A program made the position numbers and the translations under genes. Shown here one piece after another: positions 51,036 to 62,062 of a DNA stretch of 64,000 nucleotides. A model generated the notes under the pieces. It saw only the letters and a program-made list of their open reading frames with translations, had not been told where the DNA came from and did not search any database. The DNA is from Candidatus Dadabacteria bacterium. GTDB taxonomy: Bacteria > Desulfobacterota_D > UBA1144 > Nemesobacterales > Mycalebacteriaceae. Positions within the stretch are counted from its first letter, which is position 1. Every line of letters starts with the position of its first letter. Location: contig JAPOUR010000032.1 in the NCBI GenBank assembly GCA_026708565.1, positions 9,081 through 73,080 on the forward strand, given 5' to 3'.

Positions 51036-51940
51036 AAACAGGGGCAAACATAGAAGCAAAAGATAACCGAGGCAGGACGGCTCTTATAATCGCAACAGAA
51101 TACGAGCACTCTCAAGCAATGGGGTTACTGTTGAAAGCGGGAGCAGATACAGAAGCAAGGAGAGAGATGCGTAGGTGGACACCTCTGATGATTGCGGCAA
51201 GATTTGAAACAAGTAATCTGGCGGAACTGCTGAAAGCAGGGGCAGACACAGAAGCAAAGGATAATGAGGGCAAGACAGCCCTTATAATCGCAGCAGAATA
51301 CGGGTGCTCTCAAGCAACGGCGGAGTTACTGAAAGCGAAGGCAGACATAGAAGCAAAGGATACATATGGCAGAACAGCCCTTAGAGTAGCAACAGGAAAA
51401 AGACGCCATAAAGTAACGGCGCAACTGCTGAAGGCAGGGGCGAGAGTAGAGGAAGCGAAGGCAGGGGCAAAAGTAGGGGAAGCAAGAGAAACCAATATAA
51501 AAGTTCAGAGCCCGGATGCCCATAAAGTTTCTTTCTCCACAGAAGCGGAGTTAGAAAACTTTATTTGTTCGCATTGGTACCACACTATCTTTGGCAATGC
51601 TTTTGACATTTACAAAGACACGGAAGGGCGAAGCGGCAAGCAATACCCCACGGACCTGAGAGAGCGGATTGATATTCTTGCCATAAGCAATGACAAGGAA
51701 ACTTTTCTTGTCATTGAACTGAAAGTGGGCAAAGCCCCCGATACCGTTGTCGCACAATGCCAGCGTTACATGGGCTTTGTCAAAGACAAAGTGGCAAAGA
51801 ACGGCCAGAAAGTGCGGGGAGCCATAGTAGCCACAGAAAAAGACAAGAAGATGGAACGGGCTTTGTCAGAAGCATCTAATGTTGACTTCTACACCTACAA
51901 GGTTGACTATAAGGCCGTTCAAATGAGCAGAGTTGAGTGA
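51029..51940 (+). CDS. Ankyrin repeats followed by a C-terminal PD-(D/E)xK nuclease-like domain (NucS/DUF91-like or Shedu-like). This is probably the 3' part of the same gene as 50184..51035.
   Basis: ANK repeats, then RIDILAISNDKETFLVIELKVGKAPDTVVAQCQRYMGFV, which carries the D...E-x-K core and the QxxRYMG motif. Confidence 0.55.
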   Translation: MLKTGANIEAKDNRGRTALIIATEYEHSQAMGLLLKAGADTEARREMRRWTPLMIAARFETSNLAELLKAGADTEAKDNEGKTALIIAAEYGCSQATAELLKAKADIEAKDTYGRTALRVATGKRRHKVTAQLLKAGARVEEAKAGAKVGEARETNIKVQSPDAHKVSFSTEAELENFICSHWYHTIFGNAFDIYKDTEGRSGKQYPTDLRERIDILAISNDKETFLVIELKVGKAPDTVVAQCQRYMGFVKDKVAKNGQKVRGAIVATEKDKKMERALSEASNVDFYTYKVDYKAVQMSRVE

Positions 51941-52488
51941 GTTCCGCCGATTTGGAAAAACTCCCGCCACTGTTTATAATGCGCGCAAATACCGGATTTG
52001 CGGTGCCCGAAATGGTTTTCAGTCAGAACGAAATAGGGTCGGAACGACTGCTTTTTGAAGTGTCAAAAAGCGCCGGGTGGCTGACCAATATAGAAGAAAT
52101 GGCGGACGGCAGCGGGGAAACAACCCTCGGCTCCCGCATTCTTTTCAGCGCGGGCGTTGAGAAGATCGGCGCACAACTGCATGTCTGCGGCGAAGTGTCG
52201 TTTGAGGTTGTGTCGCGCTGCTCAAGATGCCTCGGCTCTGCAAAAGAACGGGTGCGCAGCCCGATAGAGTCCTTTCTGCCCATGCCCGGCGGCGGAAACG
52301 TCATAGACATCTCGGACGATATGAGGGAACATGTGGCAATGGCAATGCCGCAGAGAGTGGTGTGCCGGAGCGAGTGCAAAGGACTTTGCGCCGGATGCGG
52401 GGCAAACTTGAATGAAGGTTTCTGCGATTGCGCAAGCGACCGGACTGACCCGCGCCTCGGCGCGCTGAAAGACGCCCGGACGGCCTGA
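51937..52488 (+). CDS. yceD: YceD/DUF177 family protein, needed for large ribosomal subunit and 23S rRNA accumulation.
   Basis: C-terminal Cys cluster CSRCLG...CRSECKGLCAGCGANLNEGFCDC. Its position immediately upstream of rpmF is conserved. The start is uncertain. Confidence 0.7.
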   Translation: MSSADLEKLPPLFIMRANTGFAVPEMVFSQNEIGSERLLFEVSKSAGWLTNIEEMADGSGETTLGSRILFSAGVEKIGAQLHVCGEVSFEVVSRCSRCLGSAKERVRSPIESFLPMPGGGNVIDISDDMREHVAMAMPQRVVCRSECKGLCAGCGANLNEGFCDCASDRTDPRLGALKDARTA

Positions 52489-52509
52489 AAGCGGCAAGGA
52501 GAAAAAACA

Positions 52510-52713
52510 ATGGCGGTTCCAAAAAGAAAAACATCAACATCAAAATCAAGGAAGAGAAGAACGCACTACAAAGCGGCCGTGCCCGCCAGTTCCATGTGCC
52601 CCGAATGCAACGAGAAGATGCACCCCCACAGAGCCTGCCCCCACTGCGGCTACTACAAGGGGAAAACCTACATGAGAGAAACCGGAGAAGCGGAGGATGA
52701 CGGGGACGAATGA
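52510..52713 (+). CDS. rpmF: 50S ribosomal protein L32.
   Basis: MAVPKRKTSTSKSRKRRTHYK...CPECNEKMHPHRACPHCGYY. Confidence 0.9.
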   Translation: MAVPKRKTSTSKSRKRRTHYKAAVPASSMCPECNEKMHPHRACPHCGYYKGKTYMRETGEAEDDGDE

Positions 52714-52753
52714 AACCCCCGGCGCCGCGCGGACGGCCTGAAGAAAAGACCAG

Positions 52754-53671
52754 ATGACATCGTTTGTTTTCCCCGGACAAGGTTCGCAAAGTGTCGGCAT
52801 GGGAAAAGACCTGTGCGACAACTTTGCCGAGGCGCGCGCCGTCTTTGAAGAGGCGGGCGACGCCATATCAGGCGATATGAAAGCGCTGTGCTTTGACTCC
52901 GATGAGCAGACCCTCAGCCTGACCTTCAACGCCCAGCCCGCCATACTGACCGTGAGCATCGCGGCGCTTGCCGTGTTGCGGAGTGAAAAGGATATAAAGC
53001 CCGGCTTTGTGGCGGGACACAGCCTCGGAGAGTATTCCGCGCTTGTGTGCGCGGGCGCAATTGATTTTGCGGACGCGGTGCGGACGGTGAGGGAAAGAGG
53101 CCGGTTTATGCAGGAGACGGTTGCGGCGGGAGACGGAGCGATGGCCGCAATCATAGGGCTCGGAAGGGAAGAGGTCGGGAACATATGCAAAGAATGCTCC
53201 GAAGACGGCGGGGGCGTGTGGCCGGCAAACTACAACTCACCGGAACAGACAGTAATATCCGGAGTGGCGGGCGCGGTGGAAAGAACATCCGCAACCGCCC
53301 TTGAGCGCGGGGCGAAAAGGGCGATTCCCCTGAAAGTCAGCGCGCCGTTCCACTGCCCGCTTATGAAACCGGCGGCGGAAAAACTCGCCGGTTTTCTGGA
53401 AGGCGTCGCCATAGGAGATGTTGAAATTCCGGTTGTAACAAACCTTCACGCGAAAGAGAATTCAGACCCCGCAAAGGTGAAAGGGATTCTGCTTGACCAG
53501 ATAACAAATCCGGTCAGGTGGACGGAATCGGTTTCACGAATGGCGGAGAAAGGGACGGACAGATTTATTGAAATAGGGCCCGGCAGGGCGCTGTGCGGAC
53601 TCATAAGAAGAACGGCGGCGGGGGCGGAAACCCTCAATCTTGAAATGGCGGAACAGTTAAATAGGATTTAG
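52754..53671 (+). CDS. fabD: Malonyl-CoA:ACP transacylase.
   Basis: Motifs FVFPGQGSQ and GHSLGEYSAL. Confidence 0.9.
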   Translation: MTSFVFPGQGSQSVGMGKDLCDNFAEARAVFEEAGDAISGDMKALCFDSDEQTLSLTFNAQPAILTVSIAALAVLRSEKDIKPGFVAGHSLGEYSALVCAGAIDFADAVRTVRERGRFMQETVAAGDGAMAAIIGLGREEVGNICKECSEDGGGVWPANYNSPEQTVISGVAGAVERTSATALERGAKRAIPLKVSAPFHCPLMKPAAEKLAGFLEGVAIGDVEIPVVTNLHAKENSDPAKVKGILLDQITNPVRWTESVSRMAEKGTDRFIEIGPGRALCGLIRRTAAGAETLNLEMAEQLNRI

Positions 53672-53675
53672 CGCT

Positions 53676-54413
53676 ATGCTGGAAAACAAAACGGCGCTTG
53701 TTACCGGAGGGTCAAGGGGGATAGGAAGACAGACCGCAACAGACCTTGCAACCGAGGGATGCCATGTGATAGTCAACTACCACTCAAGCCCGGATGCGGC
53801 AAACGAAACCCTTGAAGCAATTGAAAAAAGCGGGGGCAGCGGAGAGGTGTTGAAGTTTGATGTTTCAGACTACGGGGCAACGGAAAAAGCGCTCTCCCCG
53901 GTTGTGAACAAAAGGGGAATTGACATAGTGGTCAACAACGCCGGCATTACCAGAGACAAACTTTTTGTCAGAATGGCGGAGAAAGACTGGGACGCGGTTG
54001 TTGACACCAACCTCAAGGGCATATTCAACTGCACAAAAGCGGTTGTGAGAAGCATGCTTAAAAAGAGATACGGAAGGATAATAAACATCACTTCCGTTGT
54101 CGGGGAGATGGGCAATCCGGGGCAGATAAACTACTCCTCGGCAAAGGCCGGTATAATAGGGTTCACGCGGTCGGCGGCAAAGGAGTTCGCCTCGCGCGGG
54201 GTAACCGTGAACGCCGTCAGCCCGGGGTTTGTGGAGACCGACATAACCGCCCCCATACCGGAAGAGATGAAAAGCGCCTACCTTGAATCCATACCGCTTG
54301 GCAGATACGGAACAGTGGAAGACATCTCCGGAGCGGTCATCTTTCTGGCGTCCGAAAAGGCGTCATACATCACCGGAGAGGTCATAAGGGTAAACGGCGG
54401 TCTTTACATTTAG
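53676..54413 (+). CDS. fabG: 3-oxoacyl-ACP reductase.
   Basis: Motifs TGGSRGIGR and NYSSAKAG; 245 aa. Confidence 0.9.
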   Translation: MLENKTALVTGGSRGIGRQTATDLATEGCHVIVNYHSSPDAANETLEAIEKSGGSGEVLKFDVSDYGATEKALSPVVNKRGIDIVVNNAGITRDKLFVRMAEKDWDAVVDTNLKGIFNCTKAVVRSMLKKRYGRIINITSVVGEMGNPGQINYSSAKAGIIGFTRSAAKEFASRGVTVNAVSPGFVETDITAPIPEEMKSAYLESIPLGRYGTVEDISGAVIFLASEKASYITGEVIRVNGGLYI

Positions 54414-54460
54414 GCGGAAAAAGGGATATAACAGACAAAACCAAATCAGGAGGGTTAACA

Positions 54461-54709
54461 ATGTCTCAAGAAAAAGAAACGGAAATGGCGGGCAAAATCA
54501 AAAGCATGATTGCCCAGCAATTCGGCAAATCAGCCGATGAAATTGAACTTGAAATGTCATTCATTGACGACCTCGGAGCCGACTCCCTTGACCTCGTGGA
54601 ACTTGTAATGTCCATAGAGGATGAGTTCGGCATTGAGATTCTTGATGAAGATGTGGAGAAGATAGCCACCGTTCAGGACGCGATTGACTTCATCAGCAAG
54701 GAGAACTGA
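54461..54709 (+). CDS. acpP: Acyl carrier protein.
   Basis: Motif [13 protein letters not shown]. An AGGAGGG ribosome-binding site is present. Confidence 0.9.
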   Translation: MSQEKETEMAGKIKSMIAQQFGKSADEIELEMSFIDDLGADSLDLVELVMSIEDEFGIEILDEDVEKIATVQDAIDFISKEN

Positions 54710-54714
54710 AGCGG

Positions 54715-55947
54715 ATGGCTCGCAGGGTCGTTATCACCGGACTCGGTCTCATAACTCCTCTCGGTATAGGAAACAAAGAAACATGGGAAGGCGTCTGCTC
54801 CGGCAGGAGCGGCATCGGGCCTATAACCAGATTTGACGTTTCGGGGCATAAAACCCGCATAGCGGGCGAGTTGAAGGGTTTCAACGCCGGGGATTTCATG
54901 ACCGAGAAAGAAGCCCGCAGGGATGACCCCTTTATCCATTACGCCGTTGCCGCCACCCGCCTTGCCCTTGAAGATTCGGGCATTGAGGTAACCGATGAAC
55001 TCTCTCCGAGGCTGGGGGTTATTGTGGCGTCGGGCATCGGCGGGACGATAACCTACTGCGACATGGTGCGGACTCTTGACAAAAAGGGGCCCTCCAGAGT
55101 TTCGCCGTTTTTCATTCCCAATGTTGTAACAAACATGGCTGCGGGCTATATCTCCATAAAGTTCAACGCGCGCGGGCCCAACTGCAGCACCACAACCGCA
55201 TGCGCGGCAAGCGGGCATTCGCTTTCGCTTGCGGCAATGCTGATAAAGAACGGCGATGCGGACGCGATGATAGCCGGCGGGAGCGAAGCCCCTCTGGTTT
55301 CCCTCACAGTGGCGGGCTTCAATGTGATCAAGGCGCTGTCCACCAGAAACGATGAGCCCGAAGCGGCCTCAAGGCCGTTTGATATGGACAGAGACGGCTT
55401 CATCCTCTCCGAGGGGGCGGGGATAGTAATCCTTGAAGAGTTTGAGCGGGCGAAAGCGCGCGGGGCGGATATATACGCCGAAGTGCTGGGAGCGGGAATG
55501 AGCGGAGACGCGCATCACATCACCGCGCCCTCCCTTGACGGCCCCGTCCGGTGCATGCGCATGGCTCTTGAAAACTCCGGCCTGAACCCCGAAGATATTG
55601 ACTACATCAACGCCCACGGCACTTCAACAAAACTTAACGACGCCAATGAGACCGCCGCCGTCAAAGAGGTGTTCGGAGAAAGGGCGCACAAAATTCCGGT
55701 CAGTTCAACCAAGTCAATGACCGGGCACATGCTCGGAGCGGCCGGAACCGTTGAGGCGTGCCTGACCGCTCTGGCGATAAAGAACTCCGTCATACCGCCG
55801 ACAATCAATCAGGGGACAAAAGACCCCGAATGCGACCTTGACTATGTGCCCAACGAAGCGCGGGGCGGAAAACTGAAAACCGCCATCTCAAACACCTACG
55901 GCTTTGGCGGCACAAACTCCGTAATAGCTCTGGGTCGTGTAGAATAA
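54715..55947 (+). CDS. fabF: 3-oxoacyl-ACP synthase II.
   Basis: 410 aa with Cys-His-His active-site context (TACAAS, HGTST, HMLGAAG). Confidence 0.9.
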   Translation: MARRVVITGLGLITPLGIGNKETWEGVCSGRSGIGPITRFDVSGHKTRIAGELKGFNAGDFMTEKEARRDDPFIHYAVAATRLALEDSGIEVTDELSPRLGVIVASGIGGTITYCDMVRTLDKKGPSRVSPFFIPNVVTNMAAGYISIKFNARGPNCSTTTACAASGHSLSLAAMLIKNGDADAMIAGGSEAPLVSLTVAGFNVIKALSTRNDEPEAASRPFDMDRDGFILSEGAGIVILEEFERAKARGADIYAEVLGAGMSGDAHHITAPSLDGPVRCMRMALENSGLNPEDIDYINAHGTSTKLNDANETAAVKEVFGERAHKIPVSSTKSMTGHMLGAAGTVEACLTALAIKNSVIPPTINQGTKDPECDLDYVPNEARGGKLKTAISNTYGFGGTNSVIALGRVE

Positions 55948-55977
55948 AACCCGCCAAAAAAAAAACCAGACGGAACA

Positions 55978-58632
55978 ATGCAGGATAACTTTAATACTCT
56001 GACCGGAATTGAAGCGGGCGGTAAAAAATACTCGGTTTACTCCCTGAGCAAACTTGCCGGAGAACTCGGAAAGGACATGACGGCCCTCCCGTTCTCCATC
56101 AGGATACTTCTTGAAAACGCCCTCAGAAATATAGACGGCAAGACCGTTACCGCAGAGCATGTGCTCGCCCTTGCGGACTGGAAGGGCGGAAAGAGCGGGC
56201 GGGAAATCCCCTACAAACCCGCAAGGGTCATCCTTCAGGATTTCACGGGCGTTCCGTGCGTGGCGGACCTTGCGTCAATGCGCGCCGCCGTCCGTCAAAT
56301 TCCCGGGGCGGACTATTCGCGCATAAATCCCGTTGTTCCCGTTGACCTCGTTATAGACCACTCCATACAGGTTGACCACTTCTCGGGAAAAGACTCTTTT
56401 TCAAAAAATGTTGAGATTGAATACAAGCGAAACAGCGAACGCTACAGGTTTCTAAAGTGGGCTCAAAACTCGTTTGACAACTTCAGAGTGGTGCCGCCCG
56501 GCACGGGCATAGTGCATCAGGTCAACCTTGAGTGTCTGGCAGATGTGGTCGTGTCATCGGAAGGAGTGGCGTATCCCGACACCCTTGTCGGCACGGATTC
56601 CCACACAACCATGATAAACGGCCTCGGCGTTTTAGGCTGGGGCGTGGGCGGAATAGAGGCAGAGGCGTGCATGTTGGGGCAACCGCTTTATATGGTGATG
56701 CCCGAAGTTGTGGGCTTCAAGATAAAGGGGCGCGCGGGCGAGGGGATAACCGCCACCGATGTTGTCCTCACGGTGACGGAGATGCTCAGGAAAAAGGGCG
56801 TGGTCGGCAAATTTGTGGAATTCTACGGAGACGGGCTGGACGGCCTTGCGCTTTCAGACAGGGCGACCATAGCGAACATGGCTCCGGAATACGGCGCAAC
56901 CATGGGATTTTTCCCGGTGGATTCCGAAACCCTCCGCTATATAAGCGCAACCGGCAGGGGTGAAAAAACTGAACTCATTGAGAAATACTCCGAAGAGCAG
57001 GGGCTGTTCAGGCGCGCCGGGCATGAACCGGAATACACGGACACGCTTGAACTTGACCTTTCGGCGGTTGAACCCTCGGTTGCCGGGCCGGACAGACCTC
57101 AAGACAGGGTTCCCCTTGCAAACTTGAAACAGTCGTATGAAAAAAGTCTTGCTGAGAAAGCCGACGGCGGAACGGATGAAGCGGCGGTTGTAAACATGGG
57201 CGGAAGCAGCCATGAGATTGGCGACGGCTCAGTTGCCATAGCCGCCATCACAAGTTGCACCAACACATCAAACCCGTCCGTCATGGTGGCGGCCGGACTG
57301 CTCGCGCGCAAGGCGGTGGAGAAGGGCCTTTCAGTCCGCCCGTATGTGAAGACAAGCCTCGCTCCGGGTTCGCGCGTTGTTACGGATTACCTTTCCGGAG
57401 CGGGATTGCTTGAGCCTCTGGAGGCACTGGGTTTCAACCTTGTGGGATACGGCTGCACAACCTGCATCGGCAACAGCGGCCCGCTTCCAAAAGAGGTTGA
57501 GGAAGGCATCAGGAGCGCAAACCTGACTTGCGCGGCCGTGCTCAGCGGAAACAGAAACTTTCAGGGAAGAATCCACCCGCTGGTCAAATTCTCCTACCTT
57601 GCATCGCCCCCGCTTGTGGTTGCTTTCGCGCTTGCGGGAACTGTGGACACGGACATTCTCTCATCCCCCATAGGGCGGGGCGCGGACGGAGGGGATGTTT
57701 ACCTGAAAGACATATGGCCGTCTCAGGACGAGATAAAAGAGACCGTTTCAAACGTCATCACCCCGGAGATGTTCAAGAGCCGGTATTCGGAGGTTTTTGA
57801 GGGAGACGAAATGTGGTCGGCGCTGCCCACGCCGCAAAGCCCCATATACGAGTGGGACGAGCAGTCCACCTATATTCAAAACCCGCCTTTCTTTGACAAT
57901 TTTCTATCCGGCGGGGGAAGACCGTCCGGGTGCTCCGGCGCAAGGGCTCTCGCCGTTCTGGGAGATTCCGTAACGACAGACCACATCTCGCCCGCCGGGG
58001 TTATACAGCCGGACGGGCCCGCGGGCAAATACCTGATATCAAAAGGCGTGGATGTCAAAGACTTCAACAGTTTCGGCTCCCGGCGCGGAAACCACGAGGT
58101 GATGATGAGGGGGACGTTTGCCAACATACGGATAAGAAACCTTATGGTTCCGCAAACCGAAGGCGGCGTGACCGTTCACGCGCCTTCGGGCGAGACTATG
58201 CCCATTTATGACGCCGCGATGAGGTATATGGAAGAGGAAACTCCGTTGCTCATCATAGCGGGCAAAGAATACGGAACGGGAAGCTCGCGGGACTGGGCGG
58301 CCAAGGGAACCGCTCTGCTGGGGGTCAAATACGTAATAGCCGAGAGTTACGAGAGGATTCACCGCAGCAATCTGGTGGGCATGGGCGTCCTGCCGCTACA
58401 GTTCAGAGAGGGGGAAAACGCCAAGACCATAGGGCTTACGGGTTTTGAAACCTTCTCCGTCCAAGCCCCGGACGGAGGGCTTGCGCCCGGAGCGGAGATG
58501 GAGATTACAGCGACGGGCGGCGGGGAAGAGAAAAGGTTCAAGGCAATCTGCCGTCTGGACAGCCCGGTTGAAGTGGGATATTATAAAAACAGCGGTATTC
58601 TCCAAACTGTTCTGAAGCAGATGGTTGAATGA
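55978..58632 (+). CDS. acnA: Aconitate hydratase A.
   Basis: 884 aa with Fe-S ligand motifs and an aconitase swivel domain. Confidence 0.85.
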   Translation: MQDNFNTLTGIEAGGKKYSVYSLSKLAGELGKDMTALPFSIRILLENALRNIDGKTVTAEHVLALADWKGGKSGREIPYKPARVILQDFTGVPCVADLASMRAAVRQIPGADYSRINPVVPVDLVIDHSIQVDHFSGKDSFSKNVEIEYKRNSERYRFLKWAQNSFDNFRVVPPGTGIVHQVNLECLADVVVSSEGVAYPDTLVGTDSHTTMINGLGVLGWGVGGIEAEACMLGQPLYMVMPEVVGFKIKGRAGEGITATDVVLTVTEMLRKKGVVGKFVEFYGDGLDGLALSDRATIANMAPEYGATMGFFPVDSETLRYISATGRGEKTELIEKYSEEQGLFRRAGHEPEYTDTLELDLSAVEPSVAGPDRPQDRVPLANLKQSYEKSLAEKADGGTDEAAVVNMGGSSHEIGDGSVAIAAITSCTNTSNPSVMVAAGLLARKAVEKGLSVRPYVKTSLAPGSRVVTDYLSGAGLLEPLEALGFNLVGYGCTTCIGNSGPLPKEVEEGIRSANLTCAAVLSGNRNFQGRIHPLVKFSYLASPPLVVAFALAGTVDTDILSSPIGRGADGGDVYLKDIWPSQDEIKETVSNVITPEMFKSRYSEVFEGDEMWSALPTPQSPIYEWDEQSTYIQNPPFFDNFLSGGGRPSGCSGARALAVLGDSVTTDHISPAGVIQPDGPAGKYLISKGVDVKDFNSFGSRRGNHEVMMRGTFANIRIRNLMVPQTEGGVTVHAPSGETMPIYDAAMRYMEEETPLLIIAGKEYGTGSSRDWAAKGTALLGVKYVIAESYERIHRSNLVGMGVLPLQFREGENAKTIGLTGFETFSVQAPDGGLAPGAEMEITATGGGEEKRFKAICRLDSPVEVGYYKNSGILQTVLKQMVE

Positions 58633-58691
58633 TATTTTGCTTGCAGAGCGGGTATTTATTTGTTACAGTGGGTATTCTTAGGTAATTGTAG

Positions 58692-59630
58692 TTGGTGATG
58701 TGGAGAAGAAATAAAGGAGTTGGAGACCGTTTTGACCCGTTGTCGGGCGGGGAGTCTCCCGGACATAGAAGCAGGAATAAAGGGAACGGAGGCCATTTTG
58801 ACCCGTTTCCAAGGCGGTGGTGGGCTGATGAAAAACAGCAACCGAAGACGGTGTTTTTCAGATACCTTGCCGTGATTGCAGCGTGTCTCGGCGGTGGCAT
58901 TGCCTTGTTTTTCTTGGTCGGAAGTAGCGAAACAAAGAACAGCCTTACCGACAAGGCATTCATCCGGAGTGCCAACAACAGGGACATAGAAAAGGCCATC
59001 AAGAACGGCGCGGATGTCAACGGAAGAAACAGAGACGGCTATTCTCCGCTTATGTTGGCTGCAATTGTGAGGACGGATTTGCGCGCGTTTGAGTCCCTCG
59101 TGAAAAACGGCGCGGACATCAACGGAAGAAACAAGAGCGGTATGACCCCCCTCATGGTGGCGGCGCGCCACAACTCAAATCCGGAGATTCTTCGCTTTCT
59201 CATAGACAAGGGCGCAAGAGTGAATGCCTTGACGCCCGACAGGGAAACGCCCCTTATGTTTGCGGCGTGGGAAAACACCGAGCAAGTTGTCAAAACCCTC
59301 ATAGAACAGGGCGCGAATGTAAGAGCGGTTGATTCAGTAGGCGAAACTGCCCTGATGAAAGCCTCATGGAACAATGAAAGGAAGGAGGTCATAGTCACCC
59401 TTGTAGAGGCGGGGGCGGATGTCAATGCAACCGGGCTTGACGGCAGAACATCTCTAATCAAAGCCGCATGGAACAACAAGAATCCCGAAGTGGTGATAGA
59501 ACTCATCAAGAACGGAGCAAACACAAACAAGACGGACAAAAACGGTAAGAAGCCCATAGAACTTCTTCTGGAAAACGAACACCTGAAAGACACAAAAGCC
59601 TACTGGGAACTCAAGCAACTTGACTATTGA
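58692..59630 (+). CDS. Membrane-anchored ankyrin-repeat protein with about 7 ANK repeats. The start is uncertain; an alternative GTG lies at 58851, just before the transmembrane helix.
   Basis: Transmembrane segment FFRYLAVIAACLGGGIALFFLVG, followed by ANK repeats (GYSPLMLAA..., GMTPLMVAA...). Confidence 0.6.
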   Translation: MVMWRRNKGVGDRFDPLSGGESPGHRSRNKGNGGHFDPFPRRWWADEKQQPKTVFFRYLAVIAACLGGGIALFFLVGSSETKNSLTDKAFIRSANNRDIEKAIKNGADVNGRNRDGYSPLMLAAIVRTDLRAFESLVKNGADINGRNKSGMTPLMVAARHNSNPEILRFLIDKGARVNALTPDRETPLMFAAWENTEQVVKTLIEQGANVRAVDSVGETALMKASWNNERKEVIVTLVEAGADVNATGLDGRTSLIKAAWNNKNPEVVIELIKNGANTNKTDKNGKKPIELLLENEHLKDTKAYWELKQLDY

Positions 59631-59735
59631 AGAGACCCGGTCGTTTGACAACAAAATCTGACAAATTATTATCTTGTGCTGTCTTAAAGAGACAGGTTTC
59701 TTAAACCCGTTGAAATGACAAGGAGAAAAAAAGCC

Positions 59736-61112
59736 ATGCCCGAAGGAAAGCAGATAACCATCAAAGAGGGAAAACTTCAGGTTCCGGACAATCCGGTAAT
59801 CCCCTTCATAGAGGGAGACGGAACCGGGCCCGACATCTGGAGGTCGTCCCAACATGTGTTTGACTCCGCCGTGGAGAAAGCATACGGCGGAAAAAGAAAA
59901 ATTGACTGGCTTGAGGTTCTCGCCGGTGAGAAGGCGTTTAACGAAACCGGAAACTGGCTTCCGGAGGAAACTCTTGAAGGATTCAGAAAATATCTGGTGG
60001 GCATCAAAGGCCCGCTGACAACCCCCATCGGGGGAGGCATAAGAAGCCTCAACGTCGCCCTCAGGCAGATACTTGACCTGTATGTCTGCCTGCGCCCCGT
60101 AAAGTGGTATGAGGGTGTCCCCAGTCCGGTAAAACGCCCTCAGGATGTTGACATGGTTATCTTCCGCGAGAACTCCGAAGATATCTATGCGGGAATTGAA
60201 TGGAAGTCCGGAACGCCGGAGGCGAAGAAGATAATCAAATACCTCCGCGAAGAAATGAAGGTGGAGAAGATTCGCTTTCCGAAAACTTCGGGAATAGGCA
60301 TCAAGCCGGTCTCTCAGGAGGGAACTTCGCGTCTGGTAAGGGCGGCAATCCGCTACGCTTTGGAGCACAACCGCCGGAGTGTCTGTTTTGTCCACAAGGG
60401 CAACATAATGAAATTCACCGAGGGAGCATTCAAAGACTGGGGCTTTGAAGTGGCGACCTCCGAGTTCAGAGACCGGACCGTAACCGAGAGAGAAAGCTGG
60501 ATTCTTGACAACAAGGACAGAGACTCCGGGATAAGCGTGGAAGACAACGCGAAGAAGATAGACCCCGGATACGACATGATGACAGACTCCCAGAAGGCCG
60601 AGTTGCTGGGCGAGGTTGAGGAGGTCGTCAAATCAATTTACCCCTCGCACGGAAACGGGAAGTACCGCGAGAAACTTCTGGTTAAAGACGCCATTGCGGA
60701 CATAACGCTCCAGCAGGTTCTCACCCGCGCCAAAGAGTTTGACGTGATAGCGACCATGAACCTTAACGGCGACTATCTTTCCGATGCGCTCGCCGCTCAG
60801 GTGGGCGGAATAGGAATCGCTCCCGGCGCAAACATAAACTATGAAACCGGGCACGGCATCTTTGAGGCAACACACGGAACCGCGCCGAAATATGCCGGTC
60901 AGGACAAAGTGAATCCGAGTTCTGTAATTCTCTCCGGAGTAATGATGTTCCGCCACATGGGATGGAACGAGGCCGCGGACCTGATTGAGAACGGCATGGC
61001 AACGGCAATCGGAAACAAAACCGTAACCTACGATTTTGAACGCCTCATGGACGGCGCGACCCTTCTCAAATGCAGCGAGTTCGGCGCCGCCATAGTTGAC
61101 AACATGGGCTGA
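59736..61112 (+). CDS. icd: NADP-dependent isocitrate dehydrogenase of the prokaryotic homodimeric type.
   Basis: An AAGGAG ribosome-binding site lies upstream of the ATG at 59736; the 59715 start in the ORF track is the ribosome-binding site itself. Full-length IDH homology. Confidence 0.85.
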   Translation: MPEGKQITIKEGKLQVPDNPVIPFIEGDGTGPDIWRSSQHVFDSAVEKAYGGKRKIDWLEVLAGEKAFNETGNWLPEETLEGFRKYLVGIKGPLTTPIGGGIRSLNVALRQILDLYVCLRPVKWYEGVPSPVKRPQDVDMVIFRENSEDIYAGIEWKSGTPEAKKIIKYLREEMKVEKIRFPKTSGIGIKPVSQEGTSRLVRAAIRYALEHNRRSVCFVHKGNIMKFTEGAFKDWGFEVATSEFRDRTVTERESWILDNKDRDSGISVEDNAKKIDPGYDMMTDSQKAELLGEVEEVVKSIYPSHGNGKYREKLLVKDAIADITLQQVLTRAKEFDVIATMNLNGDYLSDALAAQVGGIGIAPGANINYETGHGIFEATHGTAPKYAGQDKVNPSSVILSGVMMFRHMGWNEAADLIENGMATAIGNKTVTYDFERLMDGATLLKCSEFGAAIVDNMG

Positions 61113-61129
61113 AGAAACCCTGCGGTGCA

Positions 61130-62062
61130 ATGGCAAGAGCAAAAGTATCCATCATAGGCGGCGGCAATGTGGGGGCGACCGCCGCCCTGCGCGTCGCCGA
61201 GATGGAGATCGGCGATGTGGTGATAGTTGACATTGTTGAGGGCATGCCTCAGGGCAAGGCGCTTGACCTGCGGCAGATGTGCGCCGTGCTCGGTCTCAAT
61301 GCTGAAGTTGCCGGAAGCAATGAATATGAGGAGACGGCGGGTTCCGATGTTGTAATCATCACCTCCGGCATTCCCCGGAAACCCGGAATGAGCAGGGACG
61401 ACCTGCTCGCCACAAATACAAAAATAGTTCAGGATGTCGCGGGACGCGCCGCAAAACTGTCACCGGATGCGGTGTTGATACTGGTAACCAACCCCCTTGA
61501 CGCAATGGTTTACGCCGCTTACAAAACAAGCGGATTTCCGAAGGAGCGGGTCATCGGAATGGCGGGTGTTCTTGACTCCGCGCGCTTCAAGGCGTTCATT
61601 GCCTCGGAACTTAATGTTTCGGTTGAAAACATAGACGCCTTTGTTCTCGGCGGACACGGAGACGACATGGTGCCGCTTGCCCGCTACACGACGGTTTCCG
61701 GCATACCCCTCACGGACATTTTGCCGCAAGACAGAATAGACGCGCTTGTGGAGCGGACGCGCAAGGGCGGGGCGGAAATAGTCGGGCTTTTGAAAACCGG
61801 AAGCGCTTTCTACGCGCCCGGAGCGGCGGCGGCGCAGATGGCCGAGGCAATAATAAAGGACAAAAAACAGATACTGCCGTGTTGTGTTCTCGCCGAAGGC
61901 GTTTACGGCATTGACGGCATCTTTACGGGGCTTCCCGTAAAATTGGGGGCCGGGGGAGCGGAAGAGATAGTTGAGATAGAACTCACTGCGCGCGAAGCGG
62001 AAGAGTTGCGCCTGTCATCCTCAAGGGTGAAGGAGTTGTGCGACAAAATAGACGCGCTTTGA
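61130..62062 (+). CDS. mdh: Malate dehydrogenase of the LDH-like family.
   Basis: [13 protein letters not shown] Rossmann motif; 310 aa. Confidence 0.85.
   Translation: MARAKVSIIGGGNVGATAALRVAEMEIGDVVIVDIVEGMPQGKALDLRQMCAVLGLNAEVAGSNEYEETAGSDVVIITSGIPRKPGMSRDDLLATNTKIVQDVAGRAAKLSPDAVLILVTNPLDAMVYAAYKTSGFPKERVIGMAGVLDSARFKAFIASELNVSVENIDAFVLGGHGDDMVPLARYTTVSGIPLTDILPQDRIDALVERTRKGGAEIVGLLKTGSAFYAPGAAAAQMAEAIIKDKKQILPCCVLAEGVYGIDGIFTGLPVKLGAGGAEEIVEIELTAREAEELRLSSSRVKELCDKIDAL

Noticed and set aside
59454-60395. A 313-aa minus-strand ORF.
   Set aside because: It overlaps both the ankyrin gene and icd on the other strand, and has no homology or start signals.
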